Source of the DNA: Anolis carolinensis
Lineage: Eukaryota
Direction of reading: 5' to 3'
Length of the DNA stretch: 64,000 bases
Assembly: GCF_035594765.1 (NCBI RefSeq)
Contig: NC_085846.1
Location: 18,649,190 to 18,713,189 of the forward strand
The translations under genes were made by a program, and so were the position numbers. Below, piece after piece: positions 1 to 34,001 of the stretch. Under the pieces are notes generated by a model. The model made no database searches. It had not been told where the DNA came from and saw nothing but the letters and a program-made list of their open reading frames with translations. The stretch's first letter is position 1. Each line of letters opens with the position of its first letter.

Positions 1-104
1 ATTTCCATCCCTACAAGTGAGGAGGAATTACTCTTTCACAGTGATGATATATAGATGTATGCATTTCTTGGCAACAACTTTAATGTTTTCTTCTGGTGTC
101 ACAG

Positions 105-5141
<5,037 letters not shown>

Positions 5142-6283
5142 GCCCATGTCTGGACCTCTCACCTTCCTGGCAACACACATAGGGAATGCGGATCTTAACT
5201 AAGAAATACAAGTCAGGAAACCACAGCAGTGGCAAGCTAAAGCAAAGTGTAGAGTTTTCTTCTTTTTTCCTTCAATGTCTTTGTAGTCGCCAGTGAATTT
5301 TAACACTTTCTGTTCTGATATTATCATAAAGAACAAGTCAAATCTACTGATTGAGGTAGTGGTGGGGATGAATTCACGCAGAAGTGAGGAAAATGAGCAA
5401 CTATCATTCAACATATCCCTAGAGTGGGGAGCAGAGTTAGTATTTTATTGCATAGGGCAAACTGGCATTGCAGCCAGACTGTCACCAAAGGTCTCTATTG
5501 TACTGTGCCTCTTTCCTGTGATTAGCTTATATCCACTGACCAGTAAAATCTGTCATACCTCCCAATCCCATAAGATTCCCCTCATCTACGTTATTAAAAT
5601 GGGTCCCTCTTTCTATGCCAAAATACCAGCAATAAAGTGACACCATGGAGTGAGTTTCTTCTTCTCTCCCCTCTCTCCTCCTCAGTACTGATAACCTGCA
5701 TGTTACTAGAGTCCGTAGAGATAGGTAGTAAGAATTCCATGACCTGTTCCCTTTTGTTTTATCTGTTTCTTCCTTGTCTATAAGGTGAAATACTCAAGTC
5801 TACCTAGCATTCATTCCTTCTGTTTTCCAGCATTCTCCTTGGCTGTTTTCATCAAGTAGCCATCTTCATAATCAATAGATACTGTCTTCTTTCGTCTCTC
5901 AGTTTCCCTAATAAATGTTTTTCGATTCTTATAAAATTGTATTTGATTGATTTGATTAATTCTAAGCAATCAATTTACACACAGATGCTGCAATCCTATG
6001 TGACACAATGTGTCGCAATTATTATGCAACCCGATCTCTAGGAGTCTGAAGCATAAACAGCGACCACCACCTTCAGGATTTACTGTGCAGACTCTGAAGC
6101 AACATTGAGTCTCAGGCCCTTTCCACACAGCTGAATAAAATCCCACATTATCTGCTTGAACTGGAATATATGGCAGTGTGGACTCAGATAACCCAGTTCA
6201 AAACAAATACTGTGGGATTTTCTGCCTTGATATTCTTTGTTATATGTCTGTGTGGAATGCCCCTCAGTAGTTACTTTATTTTG

Positions 6284-6476
6284 TGTCAGGAGCGACTTGA
6301 GAAACTGCAAGTCGCTTCTAGTGTGAGAGAATTGACAGTCTGCAAGGACGTTTTCCAGGGAACACATAGATGTTTTTATGTTTTACCAACCTTGTGGGAG
6401 GCTTCTCTCATGTTCCCGCATGGAGCTGGAACTGATAGAGGGAGTTTACTTGCGCTCCCTGGATTCAAACCACTGA
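6284..6476 (-). mobile_element. tRNA-derived SINE (Anolis SINE2-like), partial
   Basis: Same body as the copies at 14124, 45245 and 58184 (gtcaggagc...gtctgcaaggacgtt...gggaggcttctctcatg...ggattcaaacc). Confidence 0.75.
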
Positions 6477-6554
6477 ATTACTTCCCTTGCCCAGGTATGG
6501 TCATCTGGTAGCTCAATGGGAATGGACAAGATCAGAAAAACGTCTGTAAATGAA

Positions 6555-6770
6555 GCAGTTCAAAAACATGCAAATGTGAGTAGATCAATAGGTACCACCC
6601 TGGCAGAAAGGTAATAGCGCTCCATGCAGTCATGCCAGCCACATGACTAGGAGGTGTCTACGGACAACACTGGCTTTTCAGCTTAGAAATGGAGGTGAGC
6701 ACCACCCTTAGAGTCAGACTCGACTAGACTTAATGTCATGGGGAAACCTTTACCTTTGCTAACTTTTGTT
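6555..6770 (+). mobile_element. Sauria SINE, 3' portion
   Basis: gcagttcaaaaacatgcaaatgtgagtagatcaataggtacc body and (ACCTTT)n tail. Confidence 0.8.
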
Positions 6771-7319
6771 ACCTTTATATTGACAAACAGTGGTTACCTC
6801 CTCTCCCCCTCACACCCCGCTAGACCTGGTGTAGGCAATAGGTCTTGTAATGTAGGCATTGTTGTTGCTTAACTTCTGTTTTCCAAGTTGAAATGCTTGC
6901 TTGTGAACTACACTGCAGTCTCATGTTTCCCAACAAAAAGTGTCTGGAAACAACCAGAAGTAGGTTTGCACTTCTAGCTTGCACTTCAATCTCAATGCTC
7001 CACTGGAGAGACAGGGAGAGAGCAGGGAGAGCTGTAGAGGACTATAGCCAAACACCTGGGGAAGAAAGAACCACAAGCCAAAGTTCTCCAGCTGATATTC
7101 ATCCCTATTTGCTATTTGATCTCTCTATCTCTGCCTCCCCTAGAGACAATCCACTCCTACAATCTGATGACAGCAAAAATAAACAATCCTCTTGTGGACA
7201 GAAGTCAATAAGTCCTTGAATTGTTTCTCCTTCCCTTTGTTGACCTGCAGTCCCTTCCAGCATTATCTTCTTACTTATCTTCAGGCCTACAATTCAAAAC
7301 TCTCAACAGGGAGAGGTTA

Positions 7320-7506
7320 TCTGGATCCTTCTAAGAAGAATAACGAACATGTAGCCAGGCTCTTACATTAATTTAGCAGTACTTGTTAGGAGCTGGAGCC
7401 AGACACCCACCTTCCTTGCCTTGGATTTTGGTTTCTCTTTGTTGTTTGATTGATTTCCTTCCAACAGTAGAACAGTATGCTTGGTGCTAGTCCATCAAGG
7501 GTGAGT
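7320..7506 (+). promoter_or_regulatory. Putative promoter and 5' non-coding exon of SULT gene 2
   Basis: Strong donor AGG|GTGAGT at 7500/7501; first coding exon opens at acceptor 8248 just before the ATG; module has homologous copies at 25.6, 39.0 and 41.2 kb. Confidence 0.55.
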
Positions 7507-7837
7507 ATATTTGTTCTTGTTCTTGTGTGCCTTCATTAATGTCATTTCTGACTTATGGAAACCTTAGGGCAAACCTATCACTGACTTGGCAGAATTTGTT
7601 CAGAGTGGATTTGCCTATGTCATCCTCTGAGACTGTATGACTTTGACCCACTGAGTGAGTACACTAGAAGTCAAAGACCTTGTAAAACTGCAAACCCCCA
7701 AGATTCAATATAATTGGGCCATAGAAGTCATTCAAACTACATTAATTCTACAATGCAGATGCACCCCTGTATCCTAGTTTGACACTAAACCATGCTGGTT
7801 CTTAAAATGGAAATGGATCTAACTAAACACAGTGATG

Positions 7838-8148
7838 CAGTGGTGCAGTGGGTTAAACCGCTGAGCTGCTGAACTTGCTGATCGAAAGGTCAGTGGTTCA
7901 AATCTGGGGAGCGGGGTGAGCTCCCGCTGTTAGGCCCAGCTTCTGCCAACCTAGCAGTTCAAAAACATGCAGATGTGAGTAGATCAATAGGTACCACTCC
8001 GGCGGGAAGGTAACGATGCTCCATGCAGTCATGCTAGCCACATTACCTTGGAGGTGTCTACGGACAACGCCGGCTCTTCAGCTTAGAAATGGAGATGAGC
8101 ACCAACCACCAGAGTCAGACACAACTAGTCAAGGAAAGCCTTTTACTT
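7838..8148 (+). mobile_element. Sauria SINE, near full length
   Basis: tRNA-like head with A/B boxes (gtggtgcagtggg...ggttcaaatc), conserved body, flanking direct repeat AACACAGTG. Confidence 0.85.
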
Positions 8149-8251
8149 AACACAGTGTTGCCAACTGAGGGAACCAAGGGAAGTAAGCATTATAAATGAT
8201 TGCTTAAGATAGAATAAACTCATGTTGCCCTTTATTCTGCCATATTAGGTG

Positions 8252-12468
<4,217 letters not shown>

Positions 12469-13849
12469 CTGCCCTACTATACTTTTCGTCATGACTTCCA
12501 GTGAAACATGCCTGGATTGGTACTCTGGCCTGTGCTTAATAAAAGAAACAAAGAAATCTCTTGTAAGAGTCACCGAGCAATTTTTTTGTGGTCTGTGCAG
12601 GTTTGGCATCGCTTTCATTTTATCTCCAGTTAGATTGTATAATGTTGTATAAATTCCATTTTCTAAAATAAAGATTTTTATGCTGTTTCTTTTCTATTTA
12701 ATGCCAGGAAAAAGAACCTTTTCGTTTGTTTTCCCCATAAATATTTTCTATAAATATTGATACTCAAAGGACCAAGACTCAAAGATCAATTAAAGTGAAT
12801 CACAATGCTGTAATTGCAGTGTGATGTGAAAGGGCTACTGTACTCCACCCCAGATGGGGGTCTACACTGAAGGAAAATTGTGCTGAATAACGGGATGTGT
12901 ACAATGGAAAGAGGGATGGTTGCCTTCCTTTCTGCATATGACTATCCTACATTTACTGACATCATATGTCACATTACTGCTGCTATGTATAGTTTGCATT
13001 ACACAAAAGCTTTGTTACCCAATGTGCATGCAAGAGTGTGTAGGTATGTTTGTATATGTACGTTAAGTTGGCAGGTGACTTTTGACACAGACACATGCAT
13101 GTGGTGAAGTTCAGATATTTATTTTGACAGTCCCAGTGCACTGTTCCCTGAAAGTCAAACAGTACAGGCAGCAATATTAATTGCCTGGCCTGCATATACG
13201 AACCATAAACATAGCAATATGTAGAATGGGTGGATCCAAATTAGATATATGTTCCCCTTGCTATCAAATTAAATCTTTAAAATATTTTTGTAATCCTCCT
13301 TATACATTTCCGAAGAATATTACCCTAGAATGCACACTTGTCATAGAAAAGTGCACAAAGAGCAATATCGTAGCTACAATGGTGAGTGGAGATCTTTGAG
13401 ATGCCAGGGAAAAGGAAAGAGGAAAACCCTATATGTTCCCAACCTGTTTAAAATTATGTACCTGGATTTCCCAAGGGTTCTTTCCCAGTGTGTGTGTGTG
13501 AGAGAGAGCATGGCGTAGTGTTTTGAACATTGGAGTACCACTCTGAAGGCCAGTTTGACTCCTAACTTATCCATGAAACCTACTGGGTGACCTTGAGTGA
13601 GTGAGAAAACCCCATTATAGCTTTGCTTTAAGGTAGCCATAAGTAAGAAATGATTTGAAGGCACAGAAAGCTTCAAGAGAGAAATGCTCTATCTCAAAGT
13701 TAGCAAACCAGTTCTGGCAATTTTTTCTATAACAGAATCAACCCCGCCTTGAAAAGAGAATTCAATAATTGCAATTCTTTCTTCATATAGTTTGAAGCTT
13801 GAAGGAGGTTCACACACTATACAACCCGCCAAAGGGTTGAATGATTGAA

Positions 13850-14019
13850 TCACTTGAATGATTGACCAGCTATAGCAGGTGAAAGTTGTCCACCTGCTTT
13901 TGTACAAGAATACAAACACACATGCAGCCGATTTCTGGGGCATAAACAAACTTCAGGAAGAAAGAAACACAGGGAAGAAATCTATGTGTAAGAGCAAGAC
14001 ATGAAGCTGGCAGGTAAAC
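13850..14019 (+). promoter_or_regulatory. Putative promoter and 5' non-coding exon of SULT gene 3
   Basis: Block conserved upstream of genes 3, 4 and 5 (tcacttgaatga..ccagctatag..ggtgaaagttg; CATAAA; gaagctgg); donor CAG|GTAAAC at 14013/14014. Confidence 0.6.
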
Positions 14020-14123
14020 GTGATTTTGGATTCCAGCACTGGGAAAATTGGTGCCTGTCGAAATAAAGCATGGGCACTGGGTCTTTAAGTGGTTTTTATT
14101 TTTATTTTTATTTTATTTTTTTC

Positions 14124-14378
14124 GTGTCAGGAGCAACCGGAGTTGCTTCTGGAGTGAGAGAATTGGCCGTCTGCAAGGACGTTGCCCAGGGGACGCCCGG
14201 ATGTTTTGATGTTTTGCCATCCTTGTGGGAGGCTTCTCTCATGTCCCCACATGGAGCTGGAGCTGAAAGAGGGAGCTCATCCGCGCTCTCCCCGGGTGGG
14301 ATTCGAACCTAGCAGCCTTCAGGTCAGCAACCCAACGTTCAAGTCACAAGGCTTTTATCCCCTAGGCCACCGGAGGCT
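14124..14378 (-). mobile_element. tRNA-derived SINE (Anolis SINE2-like), full length
   Basis: B-box (reverse complement of gggattcgaacc), TTTTA-type tail at 14094-14122, flanking TAAGTGGT repeat; absent at the paralogous site in gene 4. Confidence 0.82.
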
Positions 14379-14420
14379 GGTGGGGGGGGGATAAGTGGTG
14401 GGGGAACCATATTTAATTAA

Positions 14421-18926
<4,506 letters not shown>

Positions 18927-19647
18927 CATAGTTGTGTGCTTCAGACAAGCATTTTTATCTACACAGACCAGGAATTTCAATTTTATTGCATATTGCATAT
19001 AAGTAATAAAGAAACTCTAAAAGAAAGAACCAGCAACATTGCATTTTGTGTTCATGGATCTTTTCCAGTCTCATTTATTCTAAGTCTTTTCCTTTGCTCC
19101 TGGTTTTCTACATTTCCTATTGAGGTACAAGATTGGTCTTCAATTATTTCTTACATTCATATGCTTACCTTTGTCCTGACAGTTCAAGATGGCAGAAATA
19201 GCTCAAATGCATACTCATCAAGACATGTATTACAGGGTTGTGATGGAAAACCAAAACAGATATCATTGCATTAAACTCTGTCCTTAATCTTCCTCCTGAC
19301 TTTGACTCTGCCATCAAGCTTTGTAAAGGTCAATTACTTTATGGGTGGATTTTTGAGTGGGCAGATACATTTGCTATGACACCGCACAACAGCTCCTGAA
19401 AAAAAATTCCTGTTACTTCATCTGCAGTCTGCTCCCAGAAATATTTGTCCATCTTTAAGTCAGGGGGCAGACTTCAGGACACAAATTGGGTTGGCCTGTT
19501 CAGAAATTGCGGCTTTCAGACAAGTTTAATAGTGGAGTTCGAGATAGTGAACTCCACTATTGTCTACAAGGAAATAAGAACTCTCTTCTTGATATTGTTT
19601 TAATCTGGATGGGTGGCTCTGACTCCGCACAACCCTCTAAGGGGAGG

Positions 19648-19848
19648 GGTTCACTTGAATGACCAGCTATAGCCGGTGAAAGTTGTTTGCCAGGGAAGCA
19701 CACACCCTGCATTTGTACTAGGACACACACACACCCCAACACAAACACACACGGAGTTGATTTCTGGATCATAAACTAACTTCAGGAACAAGAGAGCAAC
19801 AAAGGGAAGGAAATCTGGCTGTCGGAACAAGAAGTGAAGCTGGTAAGT
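19648..19848 (+). promoter_or_regulatory. Putative promoter and 5' non-coding exon of SULT gene 4
   Basis: Paralogous to 13850-14019; consensus donor CTG|GTAAGT at 19842/19843. Confidence 0.6.
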
Positions 19849-19975
19849 ATGTATGCATGATCTTGGATTCCAGCATTGAGAAACTGGTGCCGGTGGGGAT
19901 AAAGAATGAACACTGGGTCCTCAACTGGTGGGGGGACCATATTAAATGATATTTATCTTGCTGCCTCAGCAGGTT

Positions 19976-24490
<4,515 letters not shown>

Positions 24491-25039
24491 CATTGTTATG
24501 TGCTTAAGACAAGCTCCTACACAAACCTGGAATGTATTTAAATAATAAAGAACCTCTAAAAACAAAAAAAGACATGCTAAATTATATTTTGTGTGCATGG
24601 ATTTTTCCAGTTTTGTTTATCTACATTTTTCCTTTGCTCCTAGTTTTCCACATTTCCAATTGGTCTTCAATAATTGAATAGTTTACAACTATTTTTCCCA
24701 TTGATATCCTTCCCTTTGTTCTACTAGTTCAGGGTGGCAAAAATCACTTCTATGCATGTCCTTTAAAACGTATTGCTAGGCTGAGCTCAATAATAAAACC
24801 AGATTCCATTATCTCATATTAAGGTGTGCCCTTCAGCAACCTTCTGACTTTCCAATTTTGTTCTCAGAAAAAATACATCGGGTGCTGAACTGGGAGATGT
24901 GTCTTCAGGGTACTTGAACAGGACATTACTTTCACTTCTTGAAAACTTGAAAACAGGTGATACTCAGGCTTGAGTTGGCACAATTTATTTCCCCAACTTC
25001 ATTCACTATTGTTTCCCCATATGTAAGATGGCATGAGGG

Positions 25040-25400
25040 GATGTGAAGTCTCACAGACAGCTTCCCATTTGTAAATGGAGGCCTGGGCACATTTTAGGGG
25101 TGTCTTCTATCTGGATCATGTCCACAATATCCTGTTCCTTGAGCTCCCTGGCAGGAGTATTGAGAGAAGAGGCAGAGGAATCTCATCATTCAGCCCATAT
25201 TTCCTCAAAGTTCCCCTACCCCCTATCTCTTCTTTTGCTTAGTAAAAGGCCCACAATTCCAATATATTCCCATTATTCACTTGGACCGATAATAATATAA
25301 TCCGGCATGGTTTTAAATACTGATATGTAACTCCATTTTTCTGCAACAAGTCAGTGCATGGGGATACTTTGGACTTCTACTGCCTCCATCTTTAAATGCC
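25040..25400 (-). pseudogene. Inverted SULT1 pseudogene fragment (coding exons 1-2), copy A
   Basis: Reverse complement reads EAVEVQSIPMH*LVAEK..FKTMPDYIII and then cctgccag|g..QDIVDMIQ..PKMC-..IYKW; degenerate homology to gene-6 exons 1-2 with stops and frameshifts. Confidence 0.75.
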
Positions 25401-25425
25401 TTTTTTAAACCAGGAGAGTTTCCTC

Positions 25426-25430
25426 TGTGT

Positions 25431-25470
<40 letters not shown>

Positions 25471-25474
25471 GCGC

Positions 25475-25502
<28 letters not shown>
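25426..25502. repeat. (TG)n microsatellite
   Basis: Direct inspection. Confidence 0.95.
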
Positions 25503-25505
<3 letters not shown>

Positions 25506-26820
25506 TAACAGCAAGGAAGTTTGTGAATGGGTTTCTTCTTACGTTAAAGCTGAAGATTCTGCTATCAACTTTTGCCAAGATCAATAATTTTACTGTCCGG
25601 GAGCACAATTCTCAAAAGACAATGCTCACTTGGCTTCTTTGAAAATATAAATGTAATATGTAACCAGGCTATTGCCTGAATAGAGAAGCCCCTATTAGGA
25701 GCTGGACTTTGGTGTTTCAGTCTTCAGATTCAGCCTGGTCTCTCGTTCCAACAACGGAGCAGTACATTTAGTGTTCATCAATCAAAGGTAAGTATATAAA
25801 ATTAGTGGGTGTTCGAAACAGCTTTTATCCATATAGCAACGTCCCACTTCCACTGTTCCACCAAGGTGTGGAAACACCAGAAGGGAGCCCAGTACTAAGA
25901 CTATTTGGCAAGGGCGTTGTGGAGGGAAGGAAGATAGGAGGGAGGAAGGTTTGTTGCTCTGTGAATGGATGCTCTTTTGACAGTTTTATACATATATTTT
26001 TAAAGACTTGCATGGGATCTCAATGCGCTATATTTTTTCCTGAAGGAAGCAATAAGTAATTGCCTTTTCTCTGCAAGGAAGCAATGGGATATTTCATTTT
26101 TTCATTGACTGTGCACAGTCAATGACTCTACTGAATCAATTTCAATGTATGGTAACCCTATAGACAAGAGAACTCCAGGTTACCCTGTTATTAGCAATCC
26201 TGTTTAAGGGTCTGGCTTCCTTGACTGACTCTGTAATATGGTTGTGTTTTTTCTTACTTCCTTCTAATTTACCTAGCATTCTTGTATTTGAATAATCATG
26301 TCTTCTGAGGAGATGGTGTGCTATAAATCTTCTGCAACCCTTAAGGGAAAGCTCAGCTAGTTTCCATCATTATATTGCTCTCCTAATCCAGAAAGAGTTG
26401 GATGGTTGCTAAAAACCATTTACTTTACTAAAAAAAAGGCTATACCTGCCAAGTGAATAGACATTGAGTAGTAAACCCAAGTCCTTAAGATGTGCCAGGT
26501 AAGACAACATCTGCCTGCCTACTGGCATAACTCACAATTGACCTTAAGATGTATCTACCCCCCCCACCCCCTACCCCACCTCCCAAAAAAAGACAGAGGG
26601 TTTTTCAAGGCACCAGTTGGGCTTCCTTGTTCAAAAATTGCAGCTTTCAGGCATGTTTTATAGCAGTGTTCGAGATGATGAAAATAATTTTCAAATTTGC
26701 AGAGGAGGTTCCACACAATCCTCTAAGGGGAGGGATTCACTTGAATGACCAGCTATATCAGGTGAAAATGATATGACCGGAAAGCACACAACCTGCATTA
26801 TATCAGGACACATGCACACC

Positions 26821-27473
26821 CAGGACCGGCCCGAGGAAATTTTCGGGGGTACGCAAAAAAAAATTTGTGCCCCCCCCACCACGCCGTGGGAGGCGTGGTC
26901 AGATCTGGCCCCGCCTCCCATGGCACGCGCGGGGGGGCACGTGGGAGGCGGGGCCAGGGGGAGCGCGGCAAGAGGCAGGGCCAGAGCTAGCCACGCCTCC
27001 CACCCCGCGCACCCTGTCCCAGGCAGGCTGCGGCGGGAATCCGGTCCTTCCAGGCCGCGGTGAAGGTCCAGCTGCGGCTTGGAAGGACTGGACTGCCGCC
27101 ACAGTCTGGCTGGGACAGGGTGCCCGCCGCGGGAAGCAGGGCTGGCCACGCCTCCCGCGGCGGGCACCCAGTCCCAGCCAAGCTGGAAAGACTCCCGCTG
27201 CAGCGGGCATGCGCTGCGGGAGGCGTGGCTGGCCCTGCCTCCCGCGGCAGCCACCCTGTCCCAGCCAGGCTGCAGCGGGCGCTGCGGGAGGCAGGGCCAG
27301 GGAGCCGGAGGCGGGGCCAAGTGTGGCCGTGCCTCCCGCAGCGCGGGAGGCAGGGCCAGGGCACTGGAGGCGGGGCCAAGTGTGGCCCCGCTTCCCAGGG
27401 GCTCGATAGCGCCCCTGGGAACTTGGCGCCCAACGCGGGGGCGTGGTTAGCGTCCTGTGTTGGGCTGGGCGTG
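26821..27473. mobile_element. GC/CpG-rich non-autonomous hAT element inserted in the gene-5 promoter
   Basis: Perfect 8-bp TSD TGCACACC (26813-26820, 27474-27481); imperfect TIRs CAGGACCGGCCC / GGGCTGGGCGTG; empty site in genes 3 and 4. Confidence 0.85.
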
Positions 27474-27481
27474 TGCACACC

Positions 27482-27595
27482 CCAACACAAACACACACGG
27501 AGTTGATTCCTGAGTCACAAATTAATTTCAGAGAGAAACACAGAGAAGGAAGGAAATCCAGAGATCAGAGCAAGAAGCGAAGCTGGCAAGTAAGC
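27482..27595 (+). promoter_or_regulatory. Putative core promoter and 5' non-coding exon of SULT gene 5
   Basis: Paralogous to the gene 3 and 4 modules; donor CAA|GTAAGC at 27589/27590. Confidence 0.55.
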
Positions 27596-28296
27596 ATGAT
27601 CTTCAATTCCAGCATTGGGAAAATGGTGCCAGTGGGAATAAATAATGGGCAATGGTCCATCTCCCAGGAGTTTGACTTTCATTGTCTCATAGTTGTAGGA
27701 AATAGCACCCTTTTTGCGTTTCTTTCAGGGTTGTTACAGACTCAGCAACAACCTGATAGTTAACCATCAACAGAGGTTTGTAGCCATCCTGCAAAGCCTT
27801 TGCTGTTGTCGGCTTGCAAAAGTATCTTTTTGATCTTGAGGGCCGCCCCTTTTTCCTGGAGATAAAAATCTCCATTTTGAAAAGCCCTTTTTGCCTTCTA
27901 CAAAATAGAGAAAAGAACTCAGATGTGCTTGTGTGGTCAAGCCAGGCCAGCTCAGACATAAGTACTAACCTCTTGCCTTTAAAACTAGTTCTGAGTTTAG
28001 ATAGAGAAAGACCTGCTCTTTCTAAAATAGCAACTCAGCACTAGGGCAGAGAATATCCCAGGATTTCTCTGTCATTGGAAGAAGCTCTAACTACTTCGTC
28101 TCCAAGCTAGTTTTGAGTTTAGACAGGGAAAGACCTGCTCTTTCTGATATAGCAACTCAGGGTTAGGGTAAAGAGCATCCCAGGATCTATCCACCTTTGG
28201 AAGAAGTAAATCCAGCAGCCAAAGGGAAAAGTAAAAAGGAAACAGGGTTGTTGTATGTCTTTCAGGCTGTGTGGCCATGTTCCAGAAGTATTATCT

Positions 28297-28337
28297 CCTG
28301 ACGTTTCACCCACATCTATGACAGGCATCCTCAGAGG
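28297..28337 (-). ncRNA. Minimal hammerhead ribozyme motif in a short Penelope insertion (~28245-28345)
   Basis: Reverse complement: CCU CUGAGGA UGCCUGU-CAUAGAU-GUGGGU GAAA C GUC AGG; complete core and GUC triplet. Confidence 0.7.
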
Positions 28338-28642
28338 CTGTGAGGCATTAAAAGGAAACATCTGCATGATTTTATAAGTTGACTGTTTGTATTTGTAACC
28401 TCAACAAATTGTGCCAAGCCTGTCAAAAACTTTGAGAAAATAAAAATCTTGTTCAATTTGTTCAATTTAGTTGCTGGGACTCCTAAGCTTCAAGGTAAGG
28501 CCCCCGCAGTCCACCCGGCAAAGAAAGGAGCACATCTTAATTTCAACCAAAAGGTGCCTGGGTGTGACGGCACACGCACTGTGTCTTCAAGTGGCGGGAA
28601 ACCATATTTAACTAGATATTTCTCTTGTTGCCTCAGCAGGTC

Positions 28643-33280
<4,638 letters not shown>

Positions 33281-34001
33281 CATAGTTATGTGCTTAAGAC
33301 AAGCTCCTACACAAACCTGGAATGCTAATTCTATTGCATTTAAGTAATCGAGAAACTCTAAAAGAAGGAATCAGCAAAATTGAATTTTGTGTGCATGGAT
33401 ATTTTCCAATTCTATTTATTTTGCATTTTTCTTTACTCCTATTTTTCCACATTTCCTATGGGTCTGCAATAATGGAATGCCTTTCGCTTCTTTCTCCCAT
33501 TGATATCACTTATATGTATGTCCTTCCAAACATGTATTGCTAGGCTGAGCTGGAAAATGAAGACAGATTTCACTATCTCATATTAATTTCTGCCCTCCTG
33601 CAACCACCTGAATTTCCAGTTTTGTTCCAAAAAAACCAACAAAAAACCCCACACATCAGGGGCTGAACTGGGAGATGTGTTTTCAGGGTACTTGAACAGG
33701 ACATTACTTCCACCTCTTGAAAACCTAGGAATGACACTTGAGTTGACATAATCTATCTTCCTAGCCTAATTATTCTCCCCCATAATAACATGACATTGAA
33801 GTCGAATTTAGAGCTATGAACTTTGGATATGAATGGTTCTTCCTGGTGAGCATTTACGCTAATTCCCAAAGTTTCAGATTAAAGAACACACTCACCAGGT
33901 GAAGACAGCCACAAAGGTTTAATTACGATCTGGCCAGAAAGGATATAAGCATGGCTAGCTCCAAAATGTGAAAGCAAAAACATGAGTACAGACAGCACTG
34001 A

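Noticed and set aside
7838-7920. tRNA-like A/B-box sequences here and at 14290-14378, 15192 and 40690-40772
   Set aside because: They are SINE heads, not cloverleaf tRNA genes.
25396-25642. CV/TH-repeat ORFs
   Set aside because: Translations of the (TG)n microsatellite.
26691-27506. Cluster of 100-209 aa Pro/Gly/Arg-rich ORFs
   Set aside because: They lie within a GC-rich non-autonomous hAT element; open frames reflect base composition, with no transposase motifs.
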